A model generated the notes under the pieces. That model did no database searches. It had not been told where the DNA came from and worked only from the letters and a program-made list of their open reading frames with translations. The translations under genes were made by a program, and so were the position numbers. Positions 13,191 to 26,160 of a stretch of 64,000 bases of DNA are shown piece after piece (within the stretch, counting starts at the first letter, position 1; each line of letters starts with the position of its first letter). Origin of the DNA: Mobula hypostoma. Taxonomy: Eukaryota. The stretch lies in contig NC_086097.1 of the NCBI RefSeq assembly GCF_963921235.1, positions 230,642,001 to 230,706,000 on the forward strand, given 5' to 3'.

Positions 13191-14599
13191 CTTCAACGAG
13201 TGAAGGTTAGCAGTTCAGGATAGATCTTCACCACTATTTAAACTACTCCCCTTGTTTTCTTTTACATTTATTTCTAATAACACAGAAGTGCTATATACTC
13301 CTGTCTCCTTTTATCTTTCTCTTTTCCACTCTTTGGCTCTTTCATCGCATTGCTTCCCTGTTACCCAATCACCATTCATTTTTACAGTCTGGAGTACCTT
13401 ATTCTTACCAACCAAAGCTTAATTCCAACCCTTCCTACTATCCTACTCCCATCCTGAGTTTGAATCCCTCTTGTTCAGCATACAACTTTCCTCCATGCTT
13501 TCTTTTGGCATTCTCTAATAAATCTATTGAGGTACTTCACTATCTCCTTAATGTTGTCTGCCAGTGATATTTATTGTCGCTTTTTGCTCTGCTAATTGTA
13601 TCAGATCAATCTATTCCATCCTATTCTCACTGACCTTCTTGCACAATGCCACTGTTGAGGATTAGCTTTGAGAATCTCTTCCCTGTCACATTTGTTTTTC
13701 TGCTAATGCTGATCAACTGGGTCAGGGATCAGTAATTTTTGCTTGTCCTTCTGACTGTTAATTCTGAAGAAACAATGCTACCTTTGATTTATTCTGGATG
13801 TGTACAACAGGAGTATGGTTTAATGGAACCTTTCCTCGTGAATGAGTCCCATCACTGCAGCTAATGAATCTGGTTACACTATTCATCATCAGCTCTCCCC
13901 ATGCTTTGTGATGATGAAACAGTGCTTGCAAAGTTATAGGTGACTTTACTGAAAACAGAATGGACAGCTTAGTATATTGCAATTAACATGGCATGCCTTA
14001 GCATGTTTTTATTATTCTTTAGATGCCATGTATAACAGGCATTTGTCATTTAATTTGATATTAGTTCCTTCTCTTATCTCTCCAGCATTTCTCGTCCTTT
14101 TCAGGGTTTTGATTTTTCCATTCCATCTACTTCTTGTTCACTCCCCACAAATCCCTCTTCTTCTTCTTTTTCCCATTACTTCAATGGAGTTTAGGGTGGC
14201 ATTGAAGGTCCTCCATCTCTATCGGCATTCAAGGCTTCCTTCATCGTGTCAGTAGCTTCCTCTCAGTTTACTGTCAGGTGGACACTCAGGAATACTGTCG
14301 CTTTCAGATGCAGAAGGGTTCTTCATTGCTGTTTCCGTAACAGTTTTGCTTGACCAGCTAGGGATGTCGGACCTGAGCTGAACCCCCACCGAACCTGGAG
14401 GAACGGTGGACCACTCTTAGTCTGGCCTCTACCCTTTGACCCCTTTGGCATGGGTCTGATCCTATCAAGAGTCAAAGCATAAAGCCCTGACTCCAACCAG
14501 CATAGCTCTCTGGGTCATTGAGGCATGCCAGCCTCCAAACCATAACAGGATTGTGGTCCTTTTGGAGGTGCAAGTCCCTCTACTCCATCATTAAGTTTT

Positions 14600-14860
14600 C
14601 ACTGGAAGAGCTTCCCTGCTCTCCTACGGAGTCATTCTTTTTGTGCTCACAACGTGGTCTTCCCTACAATGGAACAATCAAAAACAGAATAGGTGACTAC
14701 TTTGTAGAACATTTCCATTCAGTGCTCAAAGGGGATTCTGAGTTTCCATCTCCTGCAATGTTAATTCTTCTTCCCACTCTGACTTTGATTTCTGTCACTG
14801 GCTTCATATGCTGCTCCAACTTAAGCCTGAGGAACAGACTTGTCTTTCAGATGGTATGTT
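14600..14860 (+). mobile_element. Decayed Penelope-like GIY-YIG endonuclease fragment
   Basis: CSQRGLPYNGTIKNRIGDYFVEHFHSV resembles the PLE motif C..CGLLYIGETKRRLGDRFVEH. Confidence 0.65.
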
Positions 14861-15882
14861 ACAAATATAAAATAAGGGGAATATTTAATTTTTATTTAGA
14901 GGTACATCATGGTAACCAGCCCAATGACCCACACCATCCAATTACACCCATGTATGTATGTCTTTGGAATGTGGGAAGAAACTGGAGCACCCAGAGGAAA
15001 CCCCTGTGGTCACAGGGACAACGTACAAACTCCCTACAGACGGCGGTGGTACTGAACCCATCATAGCGTTATGTGTTATGCTACCATGCCACCCCAGATA
15101 ACTTTTGAATTATCTGAAATTGTGAAGTTCAATAACTTTTCGTTTCTCCAATGGATAGGGCAATATCTTGTTGCTTCAATTTGTTTTATTTTTCCTTCCT
15201 TTTTTTCTAGTAAATGATCTCTGCAATCAATAGGCTGTAACTTCCCTTTCAGCATTGAGCTTCTGAACCATCTGTACGATTTGGCATTTTTACACTGTGA
15301 AATGAAGTCTCGAAGATGCAGGATGGTGTGTGAGGTGGCGTGTATGGGACGAATCGAGGCGGCATGGCTCAGGCCTGAGAGTGAGGAGCAAGCTGATGTT
15401 CGATCAATTTAAACGCTGGGCCAGATTGGAAAAGCTGGATCCGGGCCTACTTGAGGTGGCAGGTCTCAGGCCTGAGATCATATCAAAGCGGCAGGAACTG
15501 GGTCCGAAAGCAACAAACGACCAACTGTTAGCCATTTAAGCTCCAAGCTAGAGTACGAAGGTCAGGGTGTTGGGGCCGGGGGCAAGGGAAGGGCTAGTGC
15601 TCAGCTCGCTGTTCACAAGGTTTACTCATCTCTGCTCTGAACTGACGCTGTGGCCTGCAAATAACGGGCTCCTGGATTGACTGCAACTGGCTTTGTGGCT
15701 GGGGAATCACTCTTGTGAAGTTCAGTTTTAACTTTTATTGTTTGCATGATTTTCTTTTCTGCAAATTGGGTGTTTGCCAGTCTTTTTTTAATGGGTTCCA
15801 TTGGGTTTCTTAGCTTTGTGGCTGTCTATATAAGGAGACAAGTCTCAAGATTGTATATAGTATACATACTTCGATAATAAAT

Positions 15883-16461
15883 CAGACATCCCACCTCTCC
15901 CGGAAGTTGCAGGAGTCTCCCGCATATTGATAGTGACTCCTTGATGCCCGCAAATTATATACGATATCCCGGAAATCAATTTTTTTGAGAGAAAGTGAGA
16001 GAGAGCGAGCAAGAGAGAGTGCGCGAGAGAGAGCGAGAGAGATAGCGAGTGAGAGAGAGAGCGAGAGAGAGCAAGAGAGAGCACGAGAGAGCGAGGGAGG
16101 GAGAGAGAGAGAGAGAGCCATGGCAGTATTTCAAAAAAAGAAAATATAAAACGTACGTCACCCCAGACTACACTAAAGTGTACCCCTGCCTAATAGGGGT
16201 CAAAAATAATGACAGTGTTGCTCGCTGCACTGTTTGTAACAGTGATTTTTCTATTGCCCATATTGGGTTAAGACTGTAAAAGACATGTTGAGGTGAGTTT
16301 AACAGGTGTCATTCGTTCATTAGCATAGCTAACGTTATTTAAACTAGCTGGCTAGCTGCTAAGGAGCTACTCTATTGCAGACATCCCACCTCTCCCGGAA
16401 GTCTCCCGCAAATTGATGGTGCTACCTCCCTGAAATGAGTTTTTGCAGGGTGGGATGTCTG
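15883..16461 (+). mobile_element. Non-autonomous TIR DNA transposon (hAT-like) carrying a BED-finger-like transposase 5' remnant
   Basis: 13-bp TIRs CAGACATCCCACC / GGTGGGATGTCTG. ATAAAT duplicated at 15877-15882 and 16462-16467. Internal ARCTVCNSDFSIAH...DCKRHVE followed by a GTGAGT donor-like site. Contains a (GA)n tract. Confidence 0.75.
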
Positions 16462-16871
16462 ATAAATGTACCTTGAACTTTGAAATGTCACTTTTAAAGT
16501 ACTTGGTACATTGGTAACTTTGGGCACCCCATTTTCATAAACTTCTCCTCCGTTCTCTCCACTTTACTTCTTATCTGTAACACACTTGGCTTCTCACCAG
16601 CCCAGTCCCTGACCCACTGTTGCTGTCTGCCCTGCTCAGCATTTCCAACATTATTTTTGTTTCAGACTGTCTTCCCGCAACTGCAGTTTCTTGCTCCTAT
16701 TAAAGACCAAAGACCATAAAACTTAGGAACAAAATTAGGATATTAGGCACACTGGGTCTGCTGTGCCATTCTATCATGTCTGATTTATTATCCCTTTCAA
16801 CCCCATCCTTCCGTCATTTCCCCGTAACCTTTGACATCCTGACAAATCAAGAACCTATCAGCTTTTGCTTT

Positions 16872-17193
16872 CTCCCTCTGTCCATCTCACTATGCCTCTT
16901 GCCCATCCTCTGGGCTTTTTCCCCCTCCCCCTTTTCCTTCTCCCTGGGCCTCCTGTCCCATGATCCTCTCATATCCCTTTTGCCAGTCACCTGTCCAGCT
17001 CTTGGCTCCATCCCTCGCCCTCCTGTCTTCTCCTATCATTTCGGATCTCCCCCTCCCCCTCGCACTTTCAAATCTCTTACTAGCTCTTCTTTCAGTTAGT
17101 CCTGATGAAGGGTCTCGGCCTGAAACGTCGACTGTACCTCTTCCTAGAGATGCTGCCTAGCCTGCTGCGTTCAACAGCAACTTTAATGTGTGT
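16872..17193 (+). mobile_element. Penelope-like pseudo-LTR fragment
   Basis: Very similar to 6450-6771. 12-bp TSD AGCTT(T/C)TGCTTT at 16860-16871 and 17194-17205. Confidence 0.85.
17098..17133 (+). ncRNA. Minimal type I hammerhead ribozyme motif
   Basis: AGTC-CTGATGA-A-GGGTCTCGGCCT-GAAA-CGTC-GACT. Confidence 0.75.
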
Positions 17194-17452
17194 AGCTTCT
17201 GCTTTAGTGACTTGGCCTCCATAGCCATCTGTGGCAATGAGTTCTACAGATTCACTACCCTCTGGCTGAAGAAATTCCTCTGTTCTAAGTGGATGTCCTT
17301 CTGTTCAGAGTCGCTGCACTCTGGACCTAGACATCCCAGCTATAAGAAACATTCTCACCAAATCCACTCTATCTAGGCTTTTCAATATTCAGTAGGTTTC
17401 AATGAGATCTCTCATTCTTCTAAACTCCATCAAGTATAGGGTCAGAGCCATA

Positions 17453-19100
17453 AAGGGAACTTGATGACGGCGAGGACAATATGAGTGAGGTTGATGCTCT
17501 GGAGCATGTTGATATTAAGGGAGAGGTGGTGTTGGAGTTATTAAAATACATTAGGACGGATAAGTCCCCGGGGCCTGACGGAATATTTCCCAGGCTACTC
17601 CATGAGGCAAGGGAAGAGATTGCTGAGCCTCTGCCTAGGATCTTTATGTCCTCGTTGTCCATGGAAATGGTACCAGAGGATTGGAGGGAGGCGAATGTTG
17701 TCCCCTTGTTCAAAAAAGGTAGTAGGGCTAGTCCGGATAATTACAGACCAGTGAGCCTTATGTCTGTGGTGGGAAAGCTGTTGGAAAAAATTCTTACGAG
17801 ATAGAATCTATGGGCATTTAGAGAATCATGGTCCGATCAGGAACAGTCAGAATGGCTTTGTGAAGGGCAGATCATGTCTAACAAGCCTGATAGAGTTCTT
17901 TGAAGAGGTGACCAGGCATATAGATGAAGGTAGTGCAGTGGATGTGATCTATATGGATTTTAGTAAGGCATTTGACAAGGTTCTACATGGTAGGATTATT
18001 CAGAAAGTCAGAAGGTATGGGAGCCAGGGAAGTTTGGCCAGGTGGATTCAGAATTGGCTTGCCTGCAGAAGGCAGAGGGTCTTGGTGGAGGGAATACGTT
18101 CAGGTTGGAGGGTTGTGACGAGTGGTGTCCCACAAGGATCTGTTCTGGGACCTCTACTTTTCGTGATTTTTATTAACGACCTGGATGTGGGAGTAGAAGA
18201 GCGGGTTGGCAAGTTTGCAGACGACACAAAGGTTGCTGGTGTTGTAGATAGTGTAGAGGATAGTTGAAGATTGCAGAGAGACATTGATAGGATGCAGAAG
18301 TGGGCTGAGAAGTGGCAGATGGAGTTCAACCCAGAAAAGTGTGAGGTGGTACACTTTGGAAGGACAAACTCCAAGGCAGAGTACAAAGTAAATGGCAGGA
18401 TACTTGGTAGTGTAGAGGAGCAGGGGGATCTGGGGGTACATGTCCACAGATCCCTGAAAGTTGCCTCACAGGTGGATAGGGTAGTTAAGAAAGCTTATGG
18501 GGTGTTAGCTTTAATAAATCGAGGGATGGAGTTTAAGAATTGTGAGGTAATGATGCAGCTCTATAAAACTCTGGTTAGGCCACAATTGGAGTACTGTGTC
18601 CGGTTCTGGTCGCCTCACTATAGGAAGGATGTGGAAGCATTGGAAAGGGTACAGAGGAGATTTACCAGGATGCTGCCTGGTTTAGAGAGTATGCATTATG
18701 ATCAGAAATTAAGGGAGCTAGGGCTTTACTCTTTGGAGAGAAGGAGGATGAGAGGAATCATGATAGAGGTATACAAGATATTAAGAGGAATAGATAGAGT
18801 GGATAGCCAGTGCCTATTCCCAGGGCACCACTGCTCAATACAAGAGGACATGGCTTTAAAGTAAGGGGTGGGAAGTTCAAGGGGGATATTAGAAGAAGGT
18901 TTTTTACTCAGAGAGTGGTTGGGGTGTGGAATACACTGCCTGAGTCAGTGGTGGAGGCAGATACACTAATGAAATTTAACAGACTGCTAGACAGGTATCT
19001 GGAGAAATTTAAGGTGGGGGGGGTTATATGGGAGGCAGGGTTTGAGGGTCGGCACAACGTTGTGGGCCAAAGGGCCTGTACTGCGCTGTGCTATTCTACA
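17453..19100 (+). mobile_element. 5'-truncated CR1 LINE (RT with stops and frameshifts)
   Basis: ORF pieces at 17481-17804, 17860-18267, 18271-18864 and 18810 onward carry [29 protein letters not shown] and FADD, followed by the CR1 3' UTR. Confidence 0.95.
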
Positions 19101-19387
19101 AGATCATATGTTAACCCTTTCATTCCTGGCATTGTTCTCATGAACCTCCTCTGGACGCTCTCCAATGCCAGCACTTCTGAGATAAGTGGCCCAAAACTGC
19201 TCATAATCCTCCAAGTGGGGTCTGACCAATGGCTTGTAAAAACTCAGCATTACATCCTTGCTTTTATAATTTAGCACTCTCGAAATGAATGCTAACATTG
19301 CATTTGCCTTCCTCGCCACTGACTCAACCTAAAGCGAGTAGTTCCGGAGGGTTAAACAGAAGAGATTCTACAGAGACTAGAAATCCA

Positions 19388-19547
19388 GAGCAACAAATAT
19401 AGAATGCTAGAGGAACTCAGTAAGTTTGGCAGTATCTGTGGGGAGGGAATAAATAGTTGGTGTTTCAGTCCGAGATCTTGATGAAAGACTTTCCATAGAT
19501 GCTGCTTGATCTGCTGGGTTCCTCCAGTATTTTGTGCATGTTGCTCT
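19388..19547. repeat. Fold-back (inverted) element derived from the Penelope pseudo-LTR end
   Basis: Left arm GAGCAACA...TGCTAGAGGAACTCAG...GCAGTATCTGTGG pairs imperfectly with right arm CCATAGATGCTGC...CTGGGTTCCTCCAGTA...TGTTGCTC. Confidence 0.6.
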
Positions 19548-19734
19548 CAGTTCCTTAGGATTGGTACTCCAGGTGTGGTACTGTCACCTAGGGAATAAAA
19601 CAGTAAATTCTAGGAGTGCAGAGAGTGAATAACGTTCCATGATACTAGCTTCTTCTCCAATGCATCGAAACTTCGTGGAAAAACTAGTACACGTGTCTCA
19701 AAAGATATGTCAAGACATTTCACATTACATGCAA

Positions 19735-21545
19735 TAACACACACAAAATGCTGGAAGAACTCAGCAGGTCAGGCAGCATCTATGGAAATGGATAAACATT
19801 CGATGTTTCAGGCTGAGACCCTTCATCAGGACTCAAAAAGGAAGGGGGAAGAAGTTAGAATGAGAAGATGGGGGAAAAGGAAGAAGTACAAGCTAGAAGG
19901 TGAAAGGTGAAGCCAGGTGAATGGGGGGGCGGGAATGAAGTAAGAAGCTAGGAGGTGATAAGTGGAAAAGGTAAAGGGCTGGAGAAGCAGAAATCCGGAG
20001 AGGAGGGGAGAGTGGAGCGTGGGAGAAAGGGAAGGAGGAAACACACCAGAGGGAAATGATAGGCAGATGAGGAAAAGAGAAGAGTTAAGGGAGGCAAAGA
20101 GTGGGGAACTGAAGAAAAAGGAAGGGGGAGGGGTTAACATTACTGGAAGGTGGAGAAATTGATGTCCATGCCATCAGTTTAGAAACTACCCAAACAGAAT
20201 ATGAGGTGTTGCCCCTCCAATCTGAGAGTGGCTTCCTCGTTGCAGAAGAGAAGGCCATGGACTGACATGTCGGAATGGGAATGGGGATTGGAATTAAAAT
20301 TTTTGGCTACTGGGAAACCCTGCTTGTTGCGGATGGAGTGAAAGTGCTGAAAGAAAGCCGTCCCTCAATCTACTTTGGGTCTCACCAATGTTAAGGAGGC
20401 CGCATCGGGAGCACTGGATACAGTAGACAACCCCACGTGAAGCATTGCTTCAGCTAGAAGGACTGCTTGGAGCCCTGAAAAGGAGGTGAAGGAGGAGATA
20501 AGTAGGCAGAATTCGCACTTCGTCTGCTTGCAGGGATGTGCCATGGGCGAGATTAGTGGGGAGGGATGAATCAACAAGGGAATCGTGGAGGAAGCAATCC
20601 CTGTGGAAAGTGGAGAGTGGGCAGGGAGGTAAAGATGTGATTGGTGGTAGGGTCTCATTGAAGATGGCAGAAGTTGCAGACAATGATAGGCTGGATGCAG
20701 AGGCTCATGGGGTGTCAGGAAAGGACAGGAGGAACTCTATCCCTGTTAAGGGAGCAGGAAGATGGGGTGAGCGTGGATATCCGGGAAATGGAGGAGATGC
20801 AGATGAGGACAGCATCAGTGGTGGAGGAAGGGAAACACCATTCTTTAAAGAAGGAGAAGATCTCTGATGTCCTGGAATGGAAAGCTATGTCCTGGGAACA
20901 GATGTGGCAGAGATGAAGGAAATGAGAAAAGGGAATAGTATTTTTACAGGAGACAGGGTGGAAAGAGGTATATTCAAGATTGCTGTGGGAGTGGGTAGGG
21001 TTATAAAAGACACTGGTTGACAGTTTGTCTCCTGAGATGGAGATGGAAAGATCTACAAGGTGAAGTGAGGTGTCAGAAATGGGCCAAGTGAACTTAAGAG
21101 CAGGGTGGAAGTTGGAGGAAAAGTTGATGAAATTGCTAAGCTCAGCATGGGTGTATGAAGCAGCTTGTGATGCAATGCAGTTGTCATTATACCACAGAAA
21201 GCGTTGGGAGCATTACCAGGGAAGGCCTGGAACATGGACTGCTTCACATAGCCAGTGAAGAGGCAGCCACAGTTGAGGCCCAAGCAGGCACCCAAGGCCG
21301 CACCTTGAGTTTGGAGAAAGTGGGAGCAGCTGAAAGAGGAATTGTTGAGCCACAGACCAGTTCCGTCAGACGGAGGAGGGTGGTGGTGAAGAGGAACTGG
21401 CCGGATTCCCGGTATTTGGATTTTTGAAGAAGCCCCACGAACCTCCACATTCAGCACATCATTCTCTGAAACTTCTGCCATCTTCAGTGGGACCTGATCA
21501 CCCCATTCTCGGCTTTCCGCAGGGATAGGTTCCTCCCTGATTCCG
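19735..21545 (-). mobile_element. Longer decayed Penelope-like element (RT, linker, GIY-YIG, pseudo-LTR) with an inverted 5' piece at ~21435-21545
   Basis: HFLQTQGAALGACLGLNCGCLFTGYVKQSMFQAF resembles the PLE RT motif QxxGxAMG. Also STFHRDCFLHDSL and the GIY-YIG end at ~20150-20400. Hammerhead-like motif at 19798-19833 (-). Confidence 0.8.
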
Positions 21546-21574
21546 TAGCAGTTAGCGCAACATTATTACATCAG

Positions 21575-21970
21575 ATTCCGGAGTGGCGGAGACTGAAGGG
21601 AGATCTGATAGAGGTTTATTAGATTATGAACGGCGTAGACAGAGTAGACAGACAGCGTCTTTTTCCCAGGGTTGAAATGTCTGATACCACAGGACTTGCA
21701 TTTAAGGTGACTGGGGGTAAAGTTCAAAGGAAAAGTGTGGGACGCAGAGTGACGGGTACCTGGAATGCTCTGCCTGGGAAGGTGGTGGAAGCAGGTATGA
21801 CAGGGGTGTTCAAGAGGCTCTTGGACAGGTACATGAATGTGCAGGGACGGGAAGGATATGGATGTTATGAAGGCAGAAGAGTGATTTGATTGGGCATTGG
21901 GCATTTGAATTTAACTTGTTCAGCACAGTGGGCTGAAAGGCCGATCCCTACTGTTCGATGTTCTATTAGT
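21575..21970 (+). mobile_element. CR1 3' fragment
   Basis: RRLKGDLIEVY...GVDRVDRQRLFPRVE...WNALPGKVVEAG. Confidence 0.85.
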
Positions 21971-22469
21971 TACAGTATGTTAAGTTCAATTCAGAATTTG
22001 TCTAGAATTTCCATCAGGTTCCATCATCTCTTAAAAACTATCCACCAATGCAGTTCACCTGGAATTGGACAAACCAGTGTGAAATCACAAATTCTGTTCT
22101 ATTAATTGCTCAACATTCAAAGCGAATTTGTGTCAGAAACTGGCTGTGCTTATGAGACTGCGAAAGTCCTGATCAAATTACTCACCTTCGCAGGTTTTTG
22201 CTAACTGCAGCTGCTTGTGAACATCTGAGGAAGCTCTAAACGTTTTTTAAAAAAGAGCTTCTGAATGCAACTCAAAAATAACTAGAAAACAGACTTGCAC
22301 AGCAATAGAAATTGTTTATAGCTGATACAACTGCCGGAAATAAATTTCAGTTGATCGAAACTGGGTAATTTATAAGTCTGAGACACTAAGCAACAACATA
22401 TTTTATAGCTGGACTACTTATTGTCTTATTGCTGCATAGATTTGGCATATCAGCAAATATTTTGACAAA

Positions 22470-23050
22470 CCTCTATAAGATGCACTGTTGAGAGTACCCT
22501 CACCGGTTACATCGCAGGATGCTGTGGAAATACCAGTGCCCAGGAATGGAAAGGGCTACAAAATGTGGTGGATACAGCCCAGTCCGTCACAGGCAAAGCC
22601 CTCCCCAACTTTGATTACATGTAGTGCTGCCACAAGAAAGCAGCATCCATCATCAAAGACCCCCACCATCCACACTATGCCTTCCTCTCACTACTACTAT
22701 TGGGCAGGAGGTACAGGAGCCTTAGGTCCCACACCACCAGGTTCAGGAAAATTTATTACCCTACCAGCATCGGGCATGGATAACTTAACTCACCACTACT
22801 CTGAACTGATCCTATGACCTACGGATTGGCTTTCAATGACTTTGTTCTCATGTTCTCGGTATTGCTTTTATTTGCAGTTTGTCTTTTCTTGCACGTTGGT
22901 TATTTGCCAGTCTTTGTCTACTTATTTATAGTTTTCATAATGTTCTATTGTATTTCTCTCTTCCTGTAAATGCTCACAAGAAAGTGAATCTTAAGGTTGC
23001 ATATGGTAACATATATGCACTTTTGTTAAGAAATATACTTTGAATTTCAA
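22470..23050 (+). mobile_element. Decayed Rex1/Babar-like LINE 3' fragment
   Basis: KAASIIKDPHHPH...GRRYRSL motif at ~22635-22730. Confidence 0.65.
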
Positions 23051-25261
23051 ACTTAAAATTGTATCAGGTGAAAATTTAAATAGGATTTTAAAAACTCAGT
23101 TTTTCAGAATTAAACTCTAACAAGATACCCATTGGTTTATGATAAAAAGTGCAAACCAAAAGTGTAGGTCTTTGGCTAAAAGAACTGAAAAGAGAGCAGT
23201 TTGGCCACAATTTACCTTGGATTGTTCAAAGTTCAGAAGTTCAAAGTAAATTTATTATCAAACTACGCATATATCACTGTATACAATCCTAAGATTCATT
23301 TTCTTGCAGGCATTCACAGTAGAATGAAGAAATACAGCAGAATAAGTATATCTAATAGTTTTGTGAGATGCCCATAGAACATTGCCATTTAATGTACCCA
23401 ACTGTAGACATTCCACCACATTGCAATCTTGCATGTTTGGTAAGATGAATATGTCAAGCATTTTCTGTTTCTGCTACTGACATTAGAATACCCAGCAATG
23501 GGTATTGAACCCAGGTCGCCTGTACTGTAAAGCGTTGTGCTAACCACTACACTACCGTGCTGCTCCAGCACAACCGAGAAAGACCGAGAAATTCTTAGAA
23601 GACAGTCAGCAGTGCTGGAAGCAGCTTTTGTTTGAGGACAGCTAAGCAAAGGTGTGTAAAATGACCTTGATTATCCATATTTAACACAAATAGATGAGCC
23701 TGCTGCCCTATCCACTGGTAATATTTTATATATTTTGCTCTTTCAGACCTTTCTGTTGTTCGTACTTCACTAATATGTGCCATTTAATCTGGCATAACGG
23801 GAAAATGAAAATTGCCAAATTGAAACTACAACAATCAAATGGTTAAAATAGGCTAAGTTAGATCCTTATAGCAGAATGACTTTATGTTTCACAAGGCTTG
23901 TAAACAAGGGTGAATCAAAATAATTTGAGACATATGCAGCCTTTTTCCCTTGAAAACGTGGAAACACCTGACAACAATGAAGCTGCATCTTGAGTGATGA
24001 TACACAATTAACTGCCGAGAAGATAGAACTCTTTTGAAATCAATGGTCATGAATTTAATTTGAGCATCTGTGGAAATAGGCTTTCAGTGCCACATCAAAT
24101 TAGAGGTTGCCATGCTACATTAAGTTGGCCGGGGCAAAGTCTAATTAAATGCTCACTTAGCTCAAAGCAGAATTGTTATTTACTTATCGAGCTGTGCCAT
24201 CGTAAAGGCATTTGCTGAGAAATTTAAAGAGATTTCATTCACTAAACCGCTAGCATCTACAAATGATCACAAGATTGTGAGTAAGATGAACAGACAGCTG
24301 TAGAAAAAACAGTTGAAGGAAAGCATGGAGCTGGTTTTGCACTCTAATTTAGGCGCTGTTGCTTTTAAAACTCTCACATCCCTAAAGGGCCTTTCTTCAC
24401 ATCATATGATAATGTGAGCATCACTTCTGTTCTCCTGAACATTGTGTTTCAATCACTCTGCTTTTAATGGCTCCTCTTTTAGCAGTTGAAATTGCTAGTC
24501 CTCGAATACCCCTCCAAGCAATTCACAATTCCATCCTCTTAAAATAGGACACAACAGTACAAGTACAGATCCTTTGACCCACTATATCGATACTGAGATC
24601 AAAACCAAATTAAACTAAATTTCTTTTGATGCCTCTCCTTCCATTTCCTGTATAATCACGTGTCTATCTACAAATGTTTGCAGAAGGTTCTCAAACGTCA
24701 TTATTGTATCTGCATCCAGCACGATCCCAGCAGTCCACTCCAACACCTAGCACTCTCCATGTAGAAATAAAACTTGCCCTGCATTCCTCCTTTGGATTTT
24801 CCTTCTCTCACTCTAAAAGCATGTTCTCTAGAAAGTGGCATTTCTTGCTTGGGTCAAAGATTCTGTCTAGCCTAACTATGTTTCTCGTTATCTTATGAAG
24901 GTTCAAGGGCCTCAAGGCTCACACCACCAGTTTGAAGATCAGTTACCACCCCTCAACCATCAGATTCTTGAACAAGGGATTAACTCCACTCATCTATTGA
25001 GATGTTCCAACAACAATTACCTCACTTTAAGGACTCTTTATTCTGTTATTTCATGCTCTCGTTATTTATATTTGCATTTGCACAGTTTGTACCACCATAA
25101 GACCAAAAGACATAGGAGCAGAATTAGGCCATTTGGCCCATCGAGTCTGCTCCACCATCTCATCATGGCTGATCTAATTTTCCTTCAGCACCAGTCCCCT
25201 GCCTTCTCCCCATATCTCTTCATGCCTGATCAGTCAAGAATCTATCAACCTCACCCTTAAA

Positions 25262-25975
25262 TAAAGCTCTATTTCCATCTTTAATATCTGTATTTTTCCC
25301 GTTCAGGGTTCTTTTGAAGACCCTGACCTGGAGTTACATGCTGACTTTGGTTCTTTGCGGGAATGGGACCTACCCTCGGGATTTTACAAATGGCCGTTAT
25401 TTGACATGCCAAGGGCACAGCCTAAGAGCTCAGCTAGCCTTCGGAGGGCCGAATTCTCATAGCTCTGGAGATGCGTGGATTGAAGGTCAGTGTCCCGTCA
25501 GGAGATCGGTATATCACGGGAATCGGAAGATCTATGGCTGTGTGCCCAGAGACCTGAGATCTTTGGGCACACAGCTCAGAAAAAGCGAAGCAATGGACTT
25601 TTAACGTCGTAAACCAGCGAGATATTTGTTATGTCTCTCTTCTCGCTGTGAAACAGAGACACTTCTTTCTCCATTATTAGGGAGACAGAGGGTGTCGAAT
25701 ACCGGGTGAATGAATAGTCTTTGGGGTACTGCAAGTCTGTGTCTTTGCTGTTACTTTGTTGTACGCCTGAGTGCCGATGCTTTTTTTTGCCGGTGGGGGG
25801 TGGGGGGGGGATCATTGCTTGCTGCTGCTTACGTGCGGGAGGGAGGAGAGCTGGAGGGGACTTTGGGGTTCTAACATTTAACTGTCATTCATTCTTTGGG
25901 GGCACTCCTCTGTTTTCGTGGATGGTTGAGAAGGAAAAGCATTTCAGGATGTATATTGTATACATTTCTCTGACA
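25262..25975 (+). mobile_element. ~0.8-kb non-coding repeat, copy 2
   Basis: Aligns by eye with 26215-26945 along its length. Confidence 0.7.
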
Positions 25976-26160
25976 GAGCCTCCAGATTCGGGGGAGTAGA
26001 TTAAGAATGGAGATGAGGAGGAACTGCTTTTCCCAGATGGTGGTGAATCTGTGGAATTCTCTGCCCAATGAAGCAGTGGAGGCTACCTCAGTAACTATAT
26101 TTAAGACAAGGTTGGATAGATTTTTGCATAGTTGGGGAATTAAGGTTTATGGGGAAAAGG

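Larger units (their letters stand above)
16700..19330 (-). mobile_element. Older CR1 3' portion (16700-17452 and 19105-19330), split by a Penelope fragment and a + strand CR1
   Basis: KANAMLAFISR...LVRPHLE at 19104-19319 continues with CR1 3' sequence at 17206-17452 and 16700-16871. Confidence 0.75.

Noticed and set aside
23490..23565. tRNA-like sequence on the - strand
   Set aside because: A- and B-box-like motifs without a full cloverleaf; better explained as a SINE head.
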